DNA of 63,395 nt, filler included, from Chiloscyllium plagiosum (Eukaryota): the NCBI RefSeq assembly GCF_004010195.1. It is 5 parts of one record of this genome, joined end to end, with 100 filler letters (N's around TTAATTAATTAA, not from the genome) between each part and the next. Parts side by side here need not be neighbours in the genome. Positions count along the whole stretch, not along the records: positions 43,551 to 57,610 come from NC_057713.1; positions 57,711 to 61,646 come from NC_057713.1; positions 61,747 to 63,395 come from NC_057713.1; 2 more parts are not named here. One strand, 5' to 3'. This document shows, piece by piece, positions 51,146 through 62,554 of this stretch. How positions within the stretch are numbered: the stretch's first letter is position 1; each line of letters starts with the position of its first letter. The notes beneath the pieces are model-generated. The model was not told where the DNA came from and did not search any database. It saw only the letters and a program-made list of their open reading frames with translations. Both the position numbers and the translations under genes were made by a program.

Positions 51146-52170
51146 GTTCTGCTTTGTAAATGAAATTGCAGTCTTCAAGTTAGTTATTACTGCAACTTAA
51201 AACACAATATGCCAGTTTAGACTTATTTTCATGACTTCCAACAATCACTACCAATTTTAGTTTATAATCATAAATATCAAGTGGTGAAAATCATAATTGA
51301 TCCTCTTTAAATGTCCTGATGCTATTGAATATTCATAAAAACAGAAATATTGAGATTTCTTTTCCCATGCACCCAAGATTTTAATGTTATAAATTGTCAT
51401 CTACTCTTGATCAATTAATTATATATGTTTTATTCATTTAAGCTTAGAAATATTTGGATAGCCACGGCAGTTCCATCTTAATATGTTGTGTTAGCGAGGG
51501 TAGGATATTGTAGTAATAGCCTTTGTGCTGTTATGTCTTGGCATGTGGATCATAATTAGGTAAGGGATGCTGTCTAAATATAACAAAGGAAAAGACAAGA
51601 GTCTTTCTGTATTCTGAGCTATGCTGCAATGTGTGCCATATGTTTCAAAATATTTCATTCCATTCGATACATTGCTGTGACATTATCCACAGTCAGAAGC
51701 CACATTGCTGTTGACACGGTCACCAAATATATATTGCTGTCAAGGCATACATCAACTTTACAGTACTCTTGATACCTTGAACTTACATGAAGTGAGCCAT
51801 GAGAAATGAAAACTAGCAGTTATAACTGTTACATAATTATTTTCAAGACAATTTTTACCAACATCAAACACAGAATCAAACCCTTGAACTAGTATATCTG
51901 AAAAGATTAGTTTTTATTACACAAAATTGTTTTAAAATTTTCTTTCAAATGAAACAAAGTTAATAAACATTAAAAAGATATATATGTTTAGCTTTCTGAG
52001 ATTGTAGAAGGTTCTGTTCCACCAGGATGCATTGAGGTAGCATTAGTCCCTTATGAAAGGGATCTGGAGAAACCATTATTTCCGTTTCACAGAGGACTTG
52101 GTACAAAAATCCATTTTTGAATGTGGAATTAGTTGGAAATAGCAAATCCCAGGTTCGATTACTGGCCTGG

Positions 52171-52339
52171 AAATGTGTTGCTGGAAAAGCGCAGCAGGTC
52201 AGGCAGCATCTAGGGAACAGGAGAATCGACGAAACGTCGATTCTCCTGTTCCCTAGATGCTGCCTGACCTGCTGCGCTTTTCCAGCAACACATTTCCATC
52301 TCTGATCTCCAGCATCTGCAGACCTCACTTTCTCCTCAA
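52171..52339. mobile_element. Fold-back PLE mini-element with a 3-nt loop (hammerhead truncated to GAAACGUC), 15-bp TSD
   Basis: TSD CGATTACTGGCCTGG at 52156-52170 and 52340-52354; centre GAGAATCGACG-AAA-CGTCGATTCTC; perfect arms of about 63 bp. Confidence 0.92.
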
Positions 52340-53119
52340 CGATTACTGGCCTGGTCAAAGCTATCAGATTTTAAAGTTAGCCTCAACATCAATTATCAAA
52401 CATGCATTTTCGAGTTTACACATGATAAGTAAAGATTTGGCTGAATTACCATTAAGCTCTTGGTGCCTAAATAATCATTTTCCAGCAATAATTTATCATA
52501 AGAAAAAAGAACAAAATTGAACTATAATGTAAAGCTAATTTCACAACTAATTATTTAATTTTTCTCATCGATTGTTCAATTAAGTTGCAATGCTGATTAA
52601 AGTCTCGCTTGCCTATAATGTTCAATTTTGAGAAAGATTTTGCCTATGTTTTATTTTGAACAATACTATATAAATGCAAATTATTGGTTCTCTTTATAAC
52701 TAATGATGAACTTGTGCACTCCGAGCATTTAGTTCTCTCTGTTGTCATATTAATCCTAATATATTTGTGACTAAAGATGTTCTGTCTTTGACAATCTATG
52801 GTAATGACCAATCAATTATTTTGGGGTAGTTGCAATGCATTTACTTAAAATGTAATAAGAGCAGAAAATTAGACATGTTACCAAGTGATTTTACTTGTAT
52901 AATATGTACATGATATATTGTCACTCAGTTATTCATCATTGAGTATCTTCATCCTTACTGACCTGTTTCTAATAGTCTTATGGTGATGTTTCGTACACTG
53001 ACTGGAACACACATCTAGGGGAATACATCAAAAGACAAATTTGTTACACTGCATTTGGCTCTGCTGCACAGGGGCAGAAGAGAAAGTGCAGCAATGCAAT
53101 ATTATACGGGATTCAACTG

Positions 53120-53560
53120 GAAAGGGAATAGATAGGTCTTTCTGTGACTGCAAGAAAAACTCCAGAATGGTATGGTGCCTCCCTGGTGATCGGGTCAAGG
53201 ATGTTGGAGGCTGAGGACTGTAGGGATTTATAAAATCACGAGGGGCATGGTTAAGGTGAATAGGCAAGGTTTCTTTTTCAAAAGTAGGGGAGTCCAAAAT
53301 GAGATGGCATAGGTTTTAGGTGAGGGTAAAGATTTGAAAGGGACCTGAGGAGCAACTTTTTCATGTAGAGGGTGATGCATGTATGGAAAGAACTGCCGGA
53401 GGAAGTGGTGAAGGTGTAATTACAACATTTAAAAGGCATCTGGATAGGTACATTAATAGGAAGGGTTTAAATGGTAATGGGCCAAAAGCTGGCAAATGGG
53501 ACGAAATTGATTGAGGATATGTGGTCAGCGTAGACCAGTTGGATCAAAGGGTCTGTTTGT
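53120..53560 (+). mobile_element. CR1 fragment (ORF1 piece joined to the 3' end)
   Basis: ATGGTATGGTGCCTCCCTGGTGATCGGGTCAAGGATG (CLPG.RVKDV), then TATAAAATCACGAGGGGCATGG...TGGAAAGAACTGCCGGAGG. Confidence 0.75.
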
Positions 53561-53747
53561 AAAATGTTTAACTTCTTCACTCACTGACTATGGTCATGCA
53601 GATTATTTACTACAGATGAAAAATAATTTTCTTTTATGCAAAGGAACTGAGGGGTGACCTTAGACTTAACTATCATTAGTGATTCATCTTTATGTAATAT
53701 TTAACATTAGGAATTATATTTGAAGTATGATAGTGCTGGCTGTCATT

Positions 53748-54580
53748 ATAGAGTCATAGATTTGTACAGCAATGGAAACAGACCCGTCTGTCCAACTCGT
53801 CCATGCCAACCAGATACCCTAAATATATCTAATCCCATTTACAAGCATTTGGTCCGTATCCCTCTAAACCCTTCTTATTCATATACCCATCCAGATAGAT
53901 GCCTTTTAAATTTTGCAATTGCACCAGGCTCCACCACTTCATCTGGAGTTCATTCCACAAATGCACCACCCTCTGCAAGAGGGTCTCTCAGGTCCCTTTG
54001 AAATCTTTCCTCCCTTACCTTAAATCAATGCCTTCTAGTTTTGGACAACCCCATTCCACGCAAAAGATCTTATCTACTCATCCTAACCATGTCCCTCATG
54101 ATTTTATCAACCTCTATAAGGTCACTCCTCAGCCTCCAATGATCCAGGGAAAATAGCCCAGCTTATTCAGCCTCGATACATAGCTCAAACTCTTCAACCC
54201 TGGCAACACTTCTGTAAATCTTTTCAGTACCCTATCCTTCCTATAGGAGGGAGACCAGAATTTCATGCAGTATTCCAAAAATGGCCTAACAAATGTCCTG
54301 TATAGCTGCAACATGAACTCCCAACTCCTATCCTCAATGCTCTAAGCAATAAAGGCAAGCATACTTCACTATCCTATCTACATGCAACTCTACTTTCAAG
54401 GAAATATGTACCTGTATTCCAAGGTCTCTTTGTTCAGCAACACTCCCCAGGACCTTACCATGAAGCCTATAAGTCCTGCCCTGACTTGTCTTTCCAAAAT
54501 GCAGCACCTCATATTTAGCAAAATTAAACTCCATCTACCAGTCCTCGGCCCATTGGCCCATCTGATCAAGATCACATTGT
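53748..54580 (-). mobile_element. CR1 LINE RT C-terminus + 3' end
   Basis: Minus ORFs MEFNFAKYEVLHFG...EQRDLGIQV and LQLYRTFVRPFLEYCMKFWSP. Confidence 0.9.
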
Positions 54581-56109
54581 ACTCTTCTAATGTCAGCAAA
54601 AGTCAGGCAAAGAAATTGCTGGTGAGCACAATCCATAGTTATCTCCAACCATCATTTCCAATGTCATGCTTGTCCAGGTTATGACTGCAACCAGTAGGCA
54701 CAGATGAATGAATGTGAATTCAAATGCAGCCTAGTTGCATCTCTTAAAACCAGAATTAAAAGAAGACTATACTGACTAACAAATTGGAAGAGGGGTAATT
54801 AATATGACTTTGAGGTCAGGACAATGTAGAGGTCAATATGTATTTGGATGTACTTAAGACAATGGTTTCAAATTCAATTATAATTTATTGCTCCAGGCAG
54901 TTCTTTCTTCCATGCAGCTGACTATTCTCCTGTTCACATCATTGTGATAACTTTGAAGGGGATAGAAGACTGTACTCCCATTTAAAAGTGATTCCTCACA
55001 AAAGTATAACACTTGGACATAGGCAGAGTCTTGTTTTGTAACATGTTATGTTGCCTGCCATTTCAGGTACATATATTTGTTTAATAAGAATAAGGAACTA
55101 AACTAATTGTTCAGTGTTACTGACAGAGAAGAGAGGCACAACTCTTTCTCTCCTCACCTTCTGTCTGCACAGAGTGATTTAATTTTAAAAATGCTGTTCT
55201 GTGGTGTGTTTTCCAAACTCTTTCTTGGTGATGTTCATTTTAAACAACACACAGTAAATCCTCTTTAGGCTGAAATCAAAAATGTTATTTATTCTCACAT
55301 TGAAATCCATGGTGATTTTTGGAGCTTCACAAATACACACCAAACATAACATAGACACACCACCATACATGTAAGAACAGAACAGGAAAGAAGACAATTT
55401 TACAACAAGGAATAAGTGAAAACCAAAAGTTTAGATGCTGAGTTTCCTGAATGTTAGACTCCAATAAGGGTTCCTTCTCTCAGGAGTTAAAGTTTAGTTC
55501 AGTGCAGATATCTGACAGCAGAAGTTATAGGGTTCTCCTTCTTCGTTAGCCTTCTAGTCAGCTGCTGGATCCTAAAAATAATTCCCAATCTTCTGGCCCA
55601 CCACTAAGATTTTCCACTTTGTATGCCTTGGTTTGTGATGGGATACTTTCCTGACCATGAGTAGTTCATCCTTCTTGTTGAGTCCTTCTTTTTGGCCAGG
55701 GTATATTATTTTTGCACGTTATGAAAAATCTGTTTAAATATCTGCCACTGATATCTTAGTCTTTTTACCAGCCCACTTTAGACATATCACTTCCTTTGTA
55801 CCACTGTAATTTATTCATTCACTTCCCACTATAGGATTCTTAAATACAAGATCTCTTATTAATCTTATCTCATGACACATGACTGGGTCTAAAATTGTCT
55901 GTTCCTGGGTGAGGTTCTGCAACATACTGCTCTAAGAAACAATCCCTGATGCACTCTAGAAATCTGTCTTCCATATTGTCCTTGTCCATTTGTTTGTCCA
56001 GATAATGTGCAAAAAATAATCACCCATGACAAATGCAGTGCTCTTCTTACATATTTCCATTATTTCCCAGTTAAGCAAATCTTTGGGGTCTTATAGATCA
56101 GTAATATAA

Positions 56110-56852
56110 CTAGTTAGCAATATAAAAATATAAAAGAAGATTGCAAGATTTTTTTAGGTATATAAAAGGCATAGGGGCAAAACTGGACATTTGCTGGAAG
56201 TAATAATGGGGAACAAAGAAATGGCGGAGGTACTTTGCAACAGTCTTCACAGTGGAAGATACCAGCAGCACACCAGAACTTCAAGAGAATCAGAGGGCAG
56301 AGGTGAGTTTAATTGCCATCACTGAGTAGAAGGTGTTGGGAAAGCTGAAAGGTCTGATAAATCACTGGGATCAGATAGACTGCACCCCAGATTTCTGAAA
56401 GAGACAGCTGAGGAGATTATAGAGGTAGTAGTGGTGATCTTTCAGGAATCACTGTAGTAAGAAAAGTTCCCAGAGGACTGGAAAATGCCTAATGTATCAC
56501 ATTTATTTAAAAAAGGAGGTAGGCAGAAGACAGGAAGCTATGGGGCCGATTAGCATAATCTTGGTCATTGGCAAAATTTTGATTCTATTAGTAACAAATG
56601 AGATTGCGGAGCACTTAGAAGTGCTGAGTCAGTACAGCTTCATCAAGGGGATTTCATGCCAGACATGCCATCTGTTAGAATTCTTTGAGGAGGTAATAAG
56701 CAAGCTAGGCAAGGAGAGGCGATGAATGTGATCCATTTGGATTTCCAAAAGGCCTTTGACAAGGTGCCACACAGGAGGCTGCTTGGAAAGATAAAAGCAA
56801 ATGATGTTGGTGCAAAGTACTGTCATGAATAGAGGACTGGCTGATCGACACA
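56110..56852 (+). mobile_element. CR1 LINE RT N-terminal region, degraded
   Basis: PEDWKMPNV...FKK...YGPIS...LLEFFEEV...LDFQKAFDKVPHRRLLGKI. Confidence 0.88.
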
Positions 56853-56857
56853 AGGGG

Positions 56858-57610
56858 TCTTTTTCCAGATTCGTGACACCACCCACGCCCTCCACCTCCT
56901 CCAGGATTTCCGCTTCCCCGGTCCCCAACGCCTCATCTTCACCATGGACATCCAGTCCCTGTACACCTCCATCCCCCATCACGAAGGACTCAAAGCCCTC
57001 CGCTTCTTTCTTTCCCGCCGTACCGACCAGTACCCTTCCACCGACACCCTCCTTCGACTGACCGAACTAGTCCTCACCCTGAACAACTTCTCTTTCCAAT
57101 CCACCCACTTTCTCCAAACAAAAGGAGTAGCCATGGGCACCCGCATGGGCCCCAGCTATGCCTGCCTCTTCGTAGGGTATGTGGAACAATCCATCTTCCG
57201 CAACTACACTGGCCCCACCCCCCATCTTTTCCTACGCTACATTGATGACTGTATCGGCGCTACCTCGTGCTCCCACGAGGAGGTTGAACAGTTCATCCAC
57301 TACACCAACACCTTCCACCCCGACCTCAAATTCACCTGGACAGTCTCGGACTCCTCCCTCCCCTTCCTAGACCTTTCCGTTTCTACCTCAGGCGACCGAA
57401 TCAACACGGACATCTACTACAAACCAACCGACTCCCACAGCTACCTAGACTACACCTCCTCCCATCCTGCCCCCTGTAAAAACGCCATCCCATTCTCCCA
57501 ATTCCTTCGACTCCGCCACATCTGCTCCCAGGAGGACCAGTTCAAAATACGCACAACACAGACGGCCTCCTTCTTCAAGGACCGCAATTTCCCCCCCGAC
57601 ATGGTCGACG
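56858..57610 (+). mobile_element. Penelope-like element reverse transcriptase, open frame, truncated by gap
   Basis: IRDTTHAL...FTMDIQSLYTSIP...QTKGVAMGTRMGPSYACLF...LRYIDDC...LPFLDL...YYKPTDSHSYL...AIPFSQFLRLRHICS (ORF 56944 onward). Confidence 0.95.
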
Positions 57611-57710
57611 NNNNNNNNNNNNNNNNNNNNNNNNNNNNNNNNNNNNNNNNNNNNTTAATTAATTAANNNNNNNNNNNNNNNNNNNNNNNNNNNNNNNNNN
57701 NNNNNNNNNN
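57611..57710. other. Assembly spacer 44N-TTAATTAATTAA-44N
   Basis: Same construct. Confidence 0.97.
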
Positions 57711-58400
57711 GAACAACAGAAGGATATTCAGGCCTTTGACCCTGTTACACTTGAATAGGACGAGGCTGTTCAGCCCCTGGAGCCTGATGTATATTTACAG
57801 GAGGAGGCCAATCAGCCCCTCGAATCTATAACACTGGCCCCAGAGTAGGCCATGCGACACCAGTATCCTGTCACAGAACAACAGGATCAATCCATTCAGC
57901 CACTTCATGTTCGTAACAGAGGATCTGTAAGCGATCCTGCAATGACTGGAGATTTGTTACACTGGGATAACAGGAGGCCATTCAGACTCTCCGAGCCTGT
58001 TGCAAGGGAATTGGATAGGATATTAACTATCAGAGACTTATTTCATGAGAAAGGAGAAGGTAATTCAGTCACATGTCTGTTGTATGGGAACAAGAGAAGA
58101 CCAATCGCTCCCTTGGCACCATCTCTGGGATACATGAGGAGACCGTTCAGTATCTCCACCTATTATGGAGGAATATGAGAAGACCCATCAGCTCCTCAAA
58201 ATGGTACACGGCAACGGGAAAATTCAATAATCCCCCATCCTTCTAACGCATCAACAGGAGGAGGTCATTCTGGCCTTGGTGATGACAACATGGGAACACC
58301 AGAAATACTTCATCCCATCGATTTTGTACACCAGCAGGATGATGAGTCCATTCAGCCACACATGCCACTTGCACAGCAATTGGAGCAGATCTGTTAAAAC
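57711..58400 (+). repeat. Degenerate tandem repeat, period about 42 bp (consensus approx. ACAGGAGGAGGCCATTCAGCCCCTCGAGCCTGTTACACTGGA)
   Basis: Recurring AGGAGGCCATTCAGCC...CCTGTTACAC motifs at about 42-bp spacing, decaying rightwards. Confidence 0.75.
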
Positions 58401-58499
58401 CTATTGTCCATTAAACAGGAATTCAAAGACAACGTGAACGTTTTCGAAAGGGAAGAACTTATAATAACTGAATACACTGGGAGTAAAACGTAACAATTG

Positions 58500-59487
58500 T
58501 AACTGTAATTGTAACTATTGAATTTTAAGGCAAATAATTAGAATCCATTTTTGAGGACATTTGCAAACTTAAACCACACTCCATCGGAGTTAACATGATT
58601 TTACAAAGGATAAATCAAGTTTGAAGTGTTTTCTTGAGTTATTTAAAGATGTGACAAACAAGATGAAGAGTGGGAATTCTGGAGATGGAATATACCTGGT
58701 CTTCATGAAGGATTCGGGTATGTAACGTCTACAACGAGTAAGTGGTAAGATCACACAATGAGTTTAGGAGTAATTTATTAGCTTGGATGGAGGATTGGTT
58801 AACCAACAAAATGCAGTCAGTTGGAATAAATGTGTCATTTCCTTTTGGAAAATGCCATTTGTGGGGTGTCATAGATTTCAGTTCTTATGCCTCAACCATT
58901 TGCGATCAATATTATTCATTGGTTGACGGGATAGAAAATACTTTAGCTACATTTCAGATGACACTAACATTGGTGGGAAATTGCTTCTGAAGGATGATGC
59001 AACGGATTTAAAAACTATATGGATAGGTTGGGTGAATGGGCAAACATTAGACAATGAAAATTAAAGTGGATAAATGTGGGGTTATTCAAATTCCCCAGCG
59101 TAATATAGAGGCAAGCTATTATCTAAATGGAGAGATAATAACTCACGAAGTAGCAGTGGTGGACTCTCCCTCTTTATGGGCATTTAAACGGGCATTGGAT
59201 AGGCATATGGAGGATAGTGGGCTAGTGTAGGTTAGGTGGGCTTGGATCGGTGCAACATCGAGGGCCAAAGGGCCTGTACTGCGCTGTATTTTTCTATGTT
59301 CTATGTTCTATGTCTTCAAGGCAGAAATTGATAAATTCTTGATGTCACAAGGAATTAAGGGCTACAGGAGAATGCGGGTAAGTGGAGTTGAAATGCGCAT
59401 CAGCCATGATTGAATGGTGGAGTGGACTCGATGGGCCGAATGGCCTTACTTCCGCTCCTATGTCTTATGGTCTTATGGTCTTATGGA
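58500..59487 (+). mobile_element. Old CR1 RT relic followed by two younger CR1 3' ends with (TATGTTC)n and (TATGGTCT)n tails
   Basis: LLAWMEDWLTNKMQSVGIN; 3'UTR hairpins GAGGGCCAAAGGGCCTG and ATGGGCCGAATGGCCT; tails near 59296-59312 and 59459-59487. Confidence 0.8.
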
Positions 59488-61194
59488 AGTGCCCTTAGCT
59501 CTGGTCCAGGAGTCCAGATTAAGACCCACTTGCTCTAGAGGTGTGTAATAACATCTCGAAATAGTTTGATGAGGAAAATATCTTCACAGTATTTCAATCT
59601 ATTTGCCATAAATTTATTTTGAAGAGAATTTGAGCTCTTGTCAGTGTCATTGACAATATGCATGCTGAAACTAACATCAATAAAACTGATTAGCTGCCAT
59701 TGATCACATTGTTGATTTTAGGATCTTGTGTGTGTGACTTAGTTCCTGTTTACTGACATTGTAACAATTGCTACACTTGAAAAGTATTTAATTGGTTAAT
59801 TAGAACATTAAAATATGTTTATTTAATAAGTGACGTGGAAATAACAATCTTTCAAGTCTATAATTCTGTTTAGTTTCAAACCAGTAGCAGATTGCATTGT
59901 AATGTTACAAGTCTGCCATGTTTCTTGTGACACTACTGCAGCATTTCCATCCATTAATCCCCAAAGTGGGCTGCTAACTTGCAAACTTTTTCACCAGATA
60001 TTAACCAAATCTACTCAACAATATATGAGTTCCATAGCATTTCACTGTATAATGATGTGAAGTACTCAGGTATGGAGACTTGCTAGATTGTCTGTAAATA
60101 GTCCAAGTTTGTAGCGCAGAAATTATTTTAACATACTATCTATTCTCAGCATCAAGATAATGTCCAAGAGCACATTTCTGGGCATATGACAGGCAGAAGG
60201 AGTTATGAAAGATCAGAAACCACAGGAATGAAAGTGCCTGAAGCGTCAATGGGAGTCGCTTGAGGCTTAGTTCAATAAAATATTATTACAGCAAAGGATA
60301 ATTATATTATTAAATCCTCCTCAGCATTGAATCTCGGTTGCAGAACATGTAGACAATACCAGGGGAATATTCATCATTTAACTTGGAACTGTAAATCAAA
60401 ACAGATTGACATGACAACCTGCAACTCATGTGTAAGTGATCTACAGTCTCCATGTCACAGGAAATCACACAATTTTGGTCCAAGATCAAATCCATCCTTG
60501 GATTGTAAATCAAAGTTATTAAATTAAATAATTTATACCACATCGTCATGCCAATAAAAGGATCTTTAGTTATTATTTATTCTGTAAGACTGTCAACTAG
60601 GGCTCAGTTGGTAGCATTCTCATCTATGTCAGAAGATTATGCATTCCAGTTCTGCTCCAAAGGTTTGTTAAATGCAAGTTCTTTATTTTTTAAATTTTGT
60701 ATTCAAAATATTTATTGTAATAAATGCCAGTGAGATTGCTCCAGCCTTTAGGTGAATGGGAGGGGCTGAAGTAAGGAATTGGGATTCAAGATCAATCTAC
60801 ACCCAGAACACAAGCTTTCTGCTCCCTTCTCCTTTCAATCATTGCTGTGGGTAATGTGCTCTTGATTGGCTGCATGCTCAATAGGGAACCCGAAAGGATG
60901 ACAGTGTTTGTGCTCTCACCACTGCCATTCCACCGATATTCCAGTCGATTGCCTCTCAATGAGACATCCCAGACTGCTGCAACTCATGCTGAGATGGTAC
61001 AGTCTGAAGACAGGTTCTCAAGGCCCAGAGTGTCTAATGAATATCCTTCAAGGCTATCGGTAGTCTCCTTGAATGAAACTCTGTAGCCTTTCACCAGCTA
61101 TGCTACAGTTATTAGGTAGATCTATAGAGTGGCACAAGGCCAGGCACTAAAATGATGCATATAAACTTATGAGGTAGGCAGACAGCTCTTCCAG

Positions 61195-61646
61195 TATCTG
61201 GATCAGTGGTGCTGGAAGAGCACAGCAATTCAGGCAGCATCCGAGGACAGGCAAAATCGACGTTTCGGGCAAAAGCCCTTCATCAGGAATAAAGGCAGAG
61301 AGCCTGAAGCGTGGAGAGATAAGATAGAGGAGGGTGGGGGTGTGGATAGAGTAGCATAGAGTACAATAGGTCAGTGGGGAAGGAGATGAAGGTGATAGGT
61401 CAGGGGGGAGAGGGTGGAGTGGATAGGTGGAAAAGGAGCTGGGCAGGTCGGACAAGTCCGGACAGGTCAGGGGACCGAGTTTCTGGAGGTTAGAAGCTAG
61501 GATGAGGTGGGGGAAGGGGAAATGAGGATAGGTGGAGGAGCTGGGCAGGTCGGACAAGTCCGGACAAGTCAGGAGATCGTGTTGCTGGAGGTTAGAAACT
61601 AGGATGATGTGGGGGAAGGGGAAATGAGGAAGCTGTTGAAATCCAC
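61195..61646 (-). mobile_element. Penelope-like element 3' end (pLTR), truncated by gap
   Basis: Same family as 3346-3858; includes a diverged internal duplication of about 100 bp (61421-61628). Confidence 0.88.
61255..61290 (-). ncRNA. Minimal type-I hammerhead ribozyme, core intact
   Basis: AUUC CUGAUGA A GGGC UUUU GCCC GAAA CGUC GAUU. Confidence 0.82.
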
Positions 61647-61746
61647 NNNNNNNNNNNNNNNNNNNNNNNNNNNNNNNNNNNNNNNNNNNNTTAATTAATT
61701 AANNNNNNNNNNNNNNNNNNNNNNNNNNNNNNNNNNNNNNNNNNNN
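61647..61746. other. Assembly spacer 44N-TTAATTAATTAA-44N
   Basis: Same construct. Confidence 0.97.
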
Positions 61747-62077
61747 CTTGAAGAAGTTTTCCTCCTCTCTCTACAAGAATCTCAGGGAGTCTCTCTCTCA
61801 CTGCAACTCCCAGGTCATTTCCTCAGCCCTGAAGCTCTTATCACCTTCATCTCCTTCCCCACTGACCTATTGTACTCTATGCTACTCTCTCCCCACCCCC
61901 ACCCTCCTCTAGCCTATCTCTCCATGCTTCAGGCTCTCTGCCTTTATTCCTGATGAAGGGCTTTTGCCCGAAACGTCGATTTTGCTGATCCTTGGATGCT
62001 GCCTAAACTGCTGTGCTATTCCAGTACCACTCTAATCTAGAATCTAGTTTCCAGCATCTGCAGTCATTGTTTTTACC
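61747..62077 (+). mobile_element. Penelope-like element: post-tail segment joined to pLTR with tail
   Basis: CTTGAAGAAG...CTGAAGCTCTT joined to ATCACCTTCATC...CAGTCATTGTTTTTACC. Confidence 0.88.
61946..61981 (+). ncRNA. Minimal type-I hammerhead ribozyme, core intact
   Basis: AUUC CUGAUGA A GGGC UUUU GCCC GAAA CGUC GAUU. Confidence 0.82.
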
Positions 62078-62510
62078 TTGTTTTCTTTAAAGCTGAATAG
62101 TTTAAGGGGGATGCTGACAGAGGTGTAGAAGATTATGAGGGGCATGGACAGCGTGGATAGGAAGCAGCTGTTCCCTTTAGCTGCAGGGTCAATAACAAGA
62201 GGCATAATTTTAAGTAAAAGGCAAGAGGTTGAGAGAGGTTTTTTCACCCAGAGGAAGGTGGGGGTCTGGAATCCACTACCTGGGAAAGTGACTGAGACGG
62301 GAAACCTTGCAACCTTTAAAAAATACTTGGAGGAGCACTTAAAGTGTCATAACATTCAAGGCTATGAATCTTGTGCTGGAAAATGAGAGTAGTGTAGGAA
62401 AGTGGGGGTAATGTAGGAAAGAGGGAGTAGTGTAGGTAGCAAAATATTTTTGGCTGTACAGACTCAATGGCCAACAGGCCTCTCCTGTTTTATAAGATTC
62501 TATGAATTCT
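62078..62510 (+). mobile_element. CR1 LINE 3' end
   Basis: ORF 62135..62386 MRGMDSVDRKQLFP...FFTQRKVGVWNPLP...FKKYLEEHL. Confidence 0.87.
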
Positions 62511-62554
62511 TTTTAAAGTGAAGTACATAGATGGACCTGCAGGAATTTTGTCAT

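Noticed and set aside
12727..52520. Recurrent short ORFs such as MLPDLLRFSSNTFSALISSICSPHFLL and MCCWKSAAGQAASKEQENRRFGH
   Set aside because: Chance translations of the PLE pLTR repeat on either strand, not a peptide gene family.
57711..58400. CRISPR-like repeat-spacer array
   Set aside because: Units are degenerate along their whole length with no unique spacers, in a eukaryotic context with no cas genes.
18133..61746. TTAATTAATTAA palindrome recurring four times
   Set aside because: Always centred in exactly 44N+44N; an artificial six-frame-stop scaffold spacer, not biology.
61195..62077. Apparent large fold-back Penelope element spanning the gap
   Set aside because: The halves are on different contigs joined by an artificial spacer, no TSD is visible and the flanks are unrelated.
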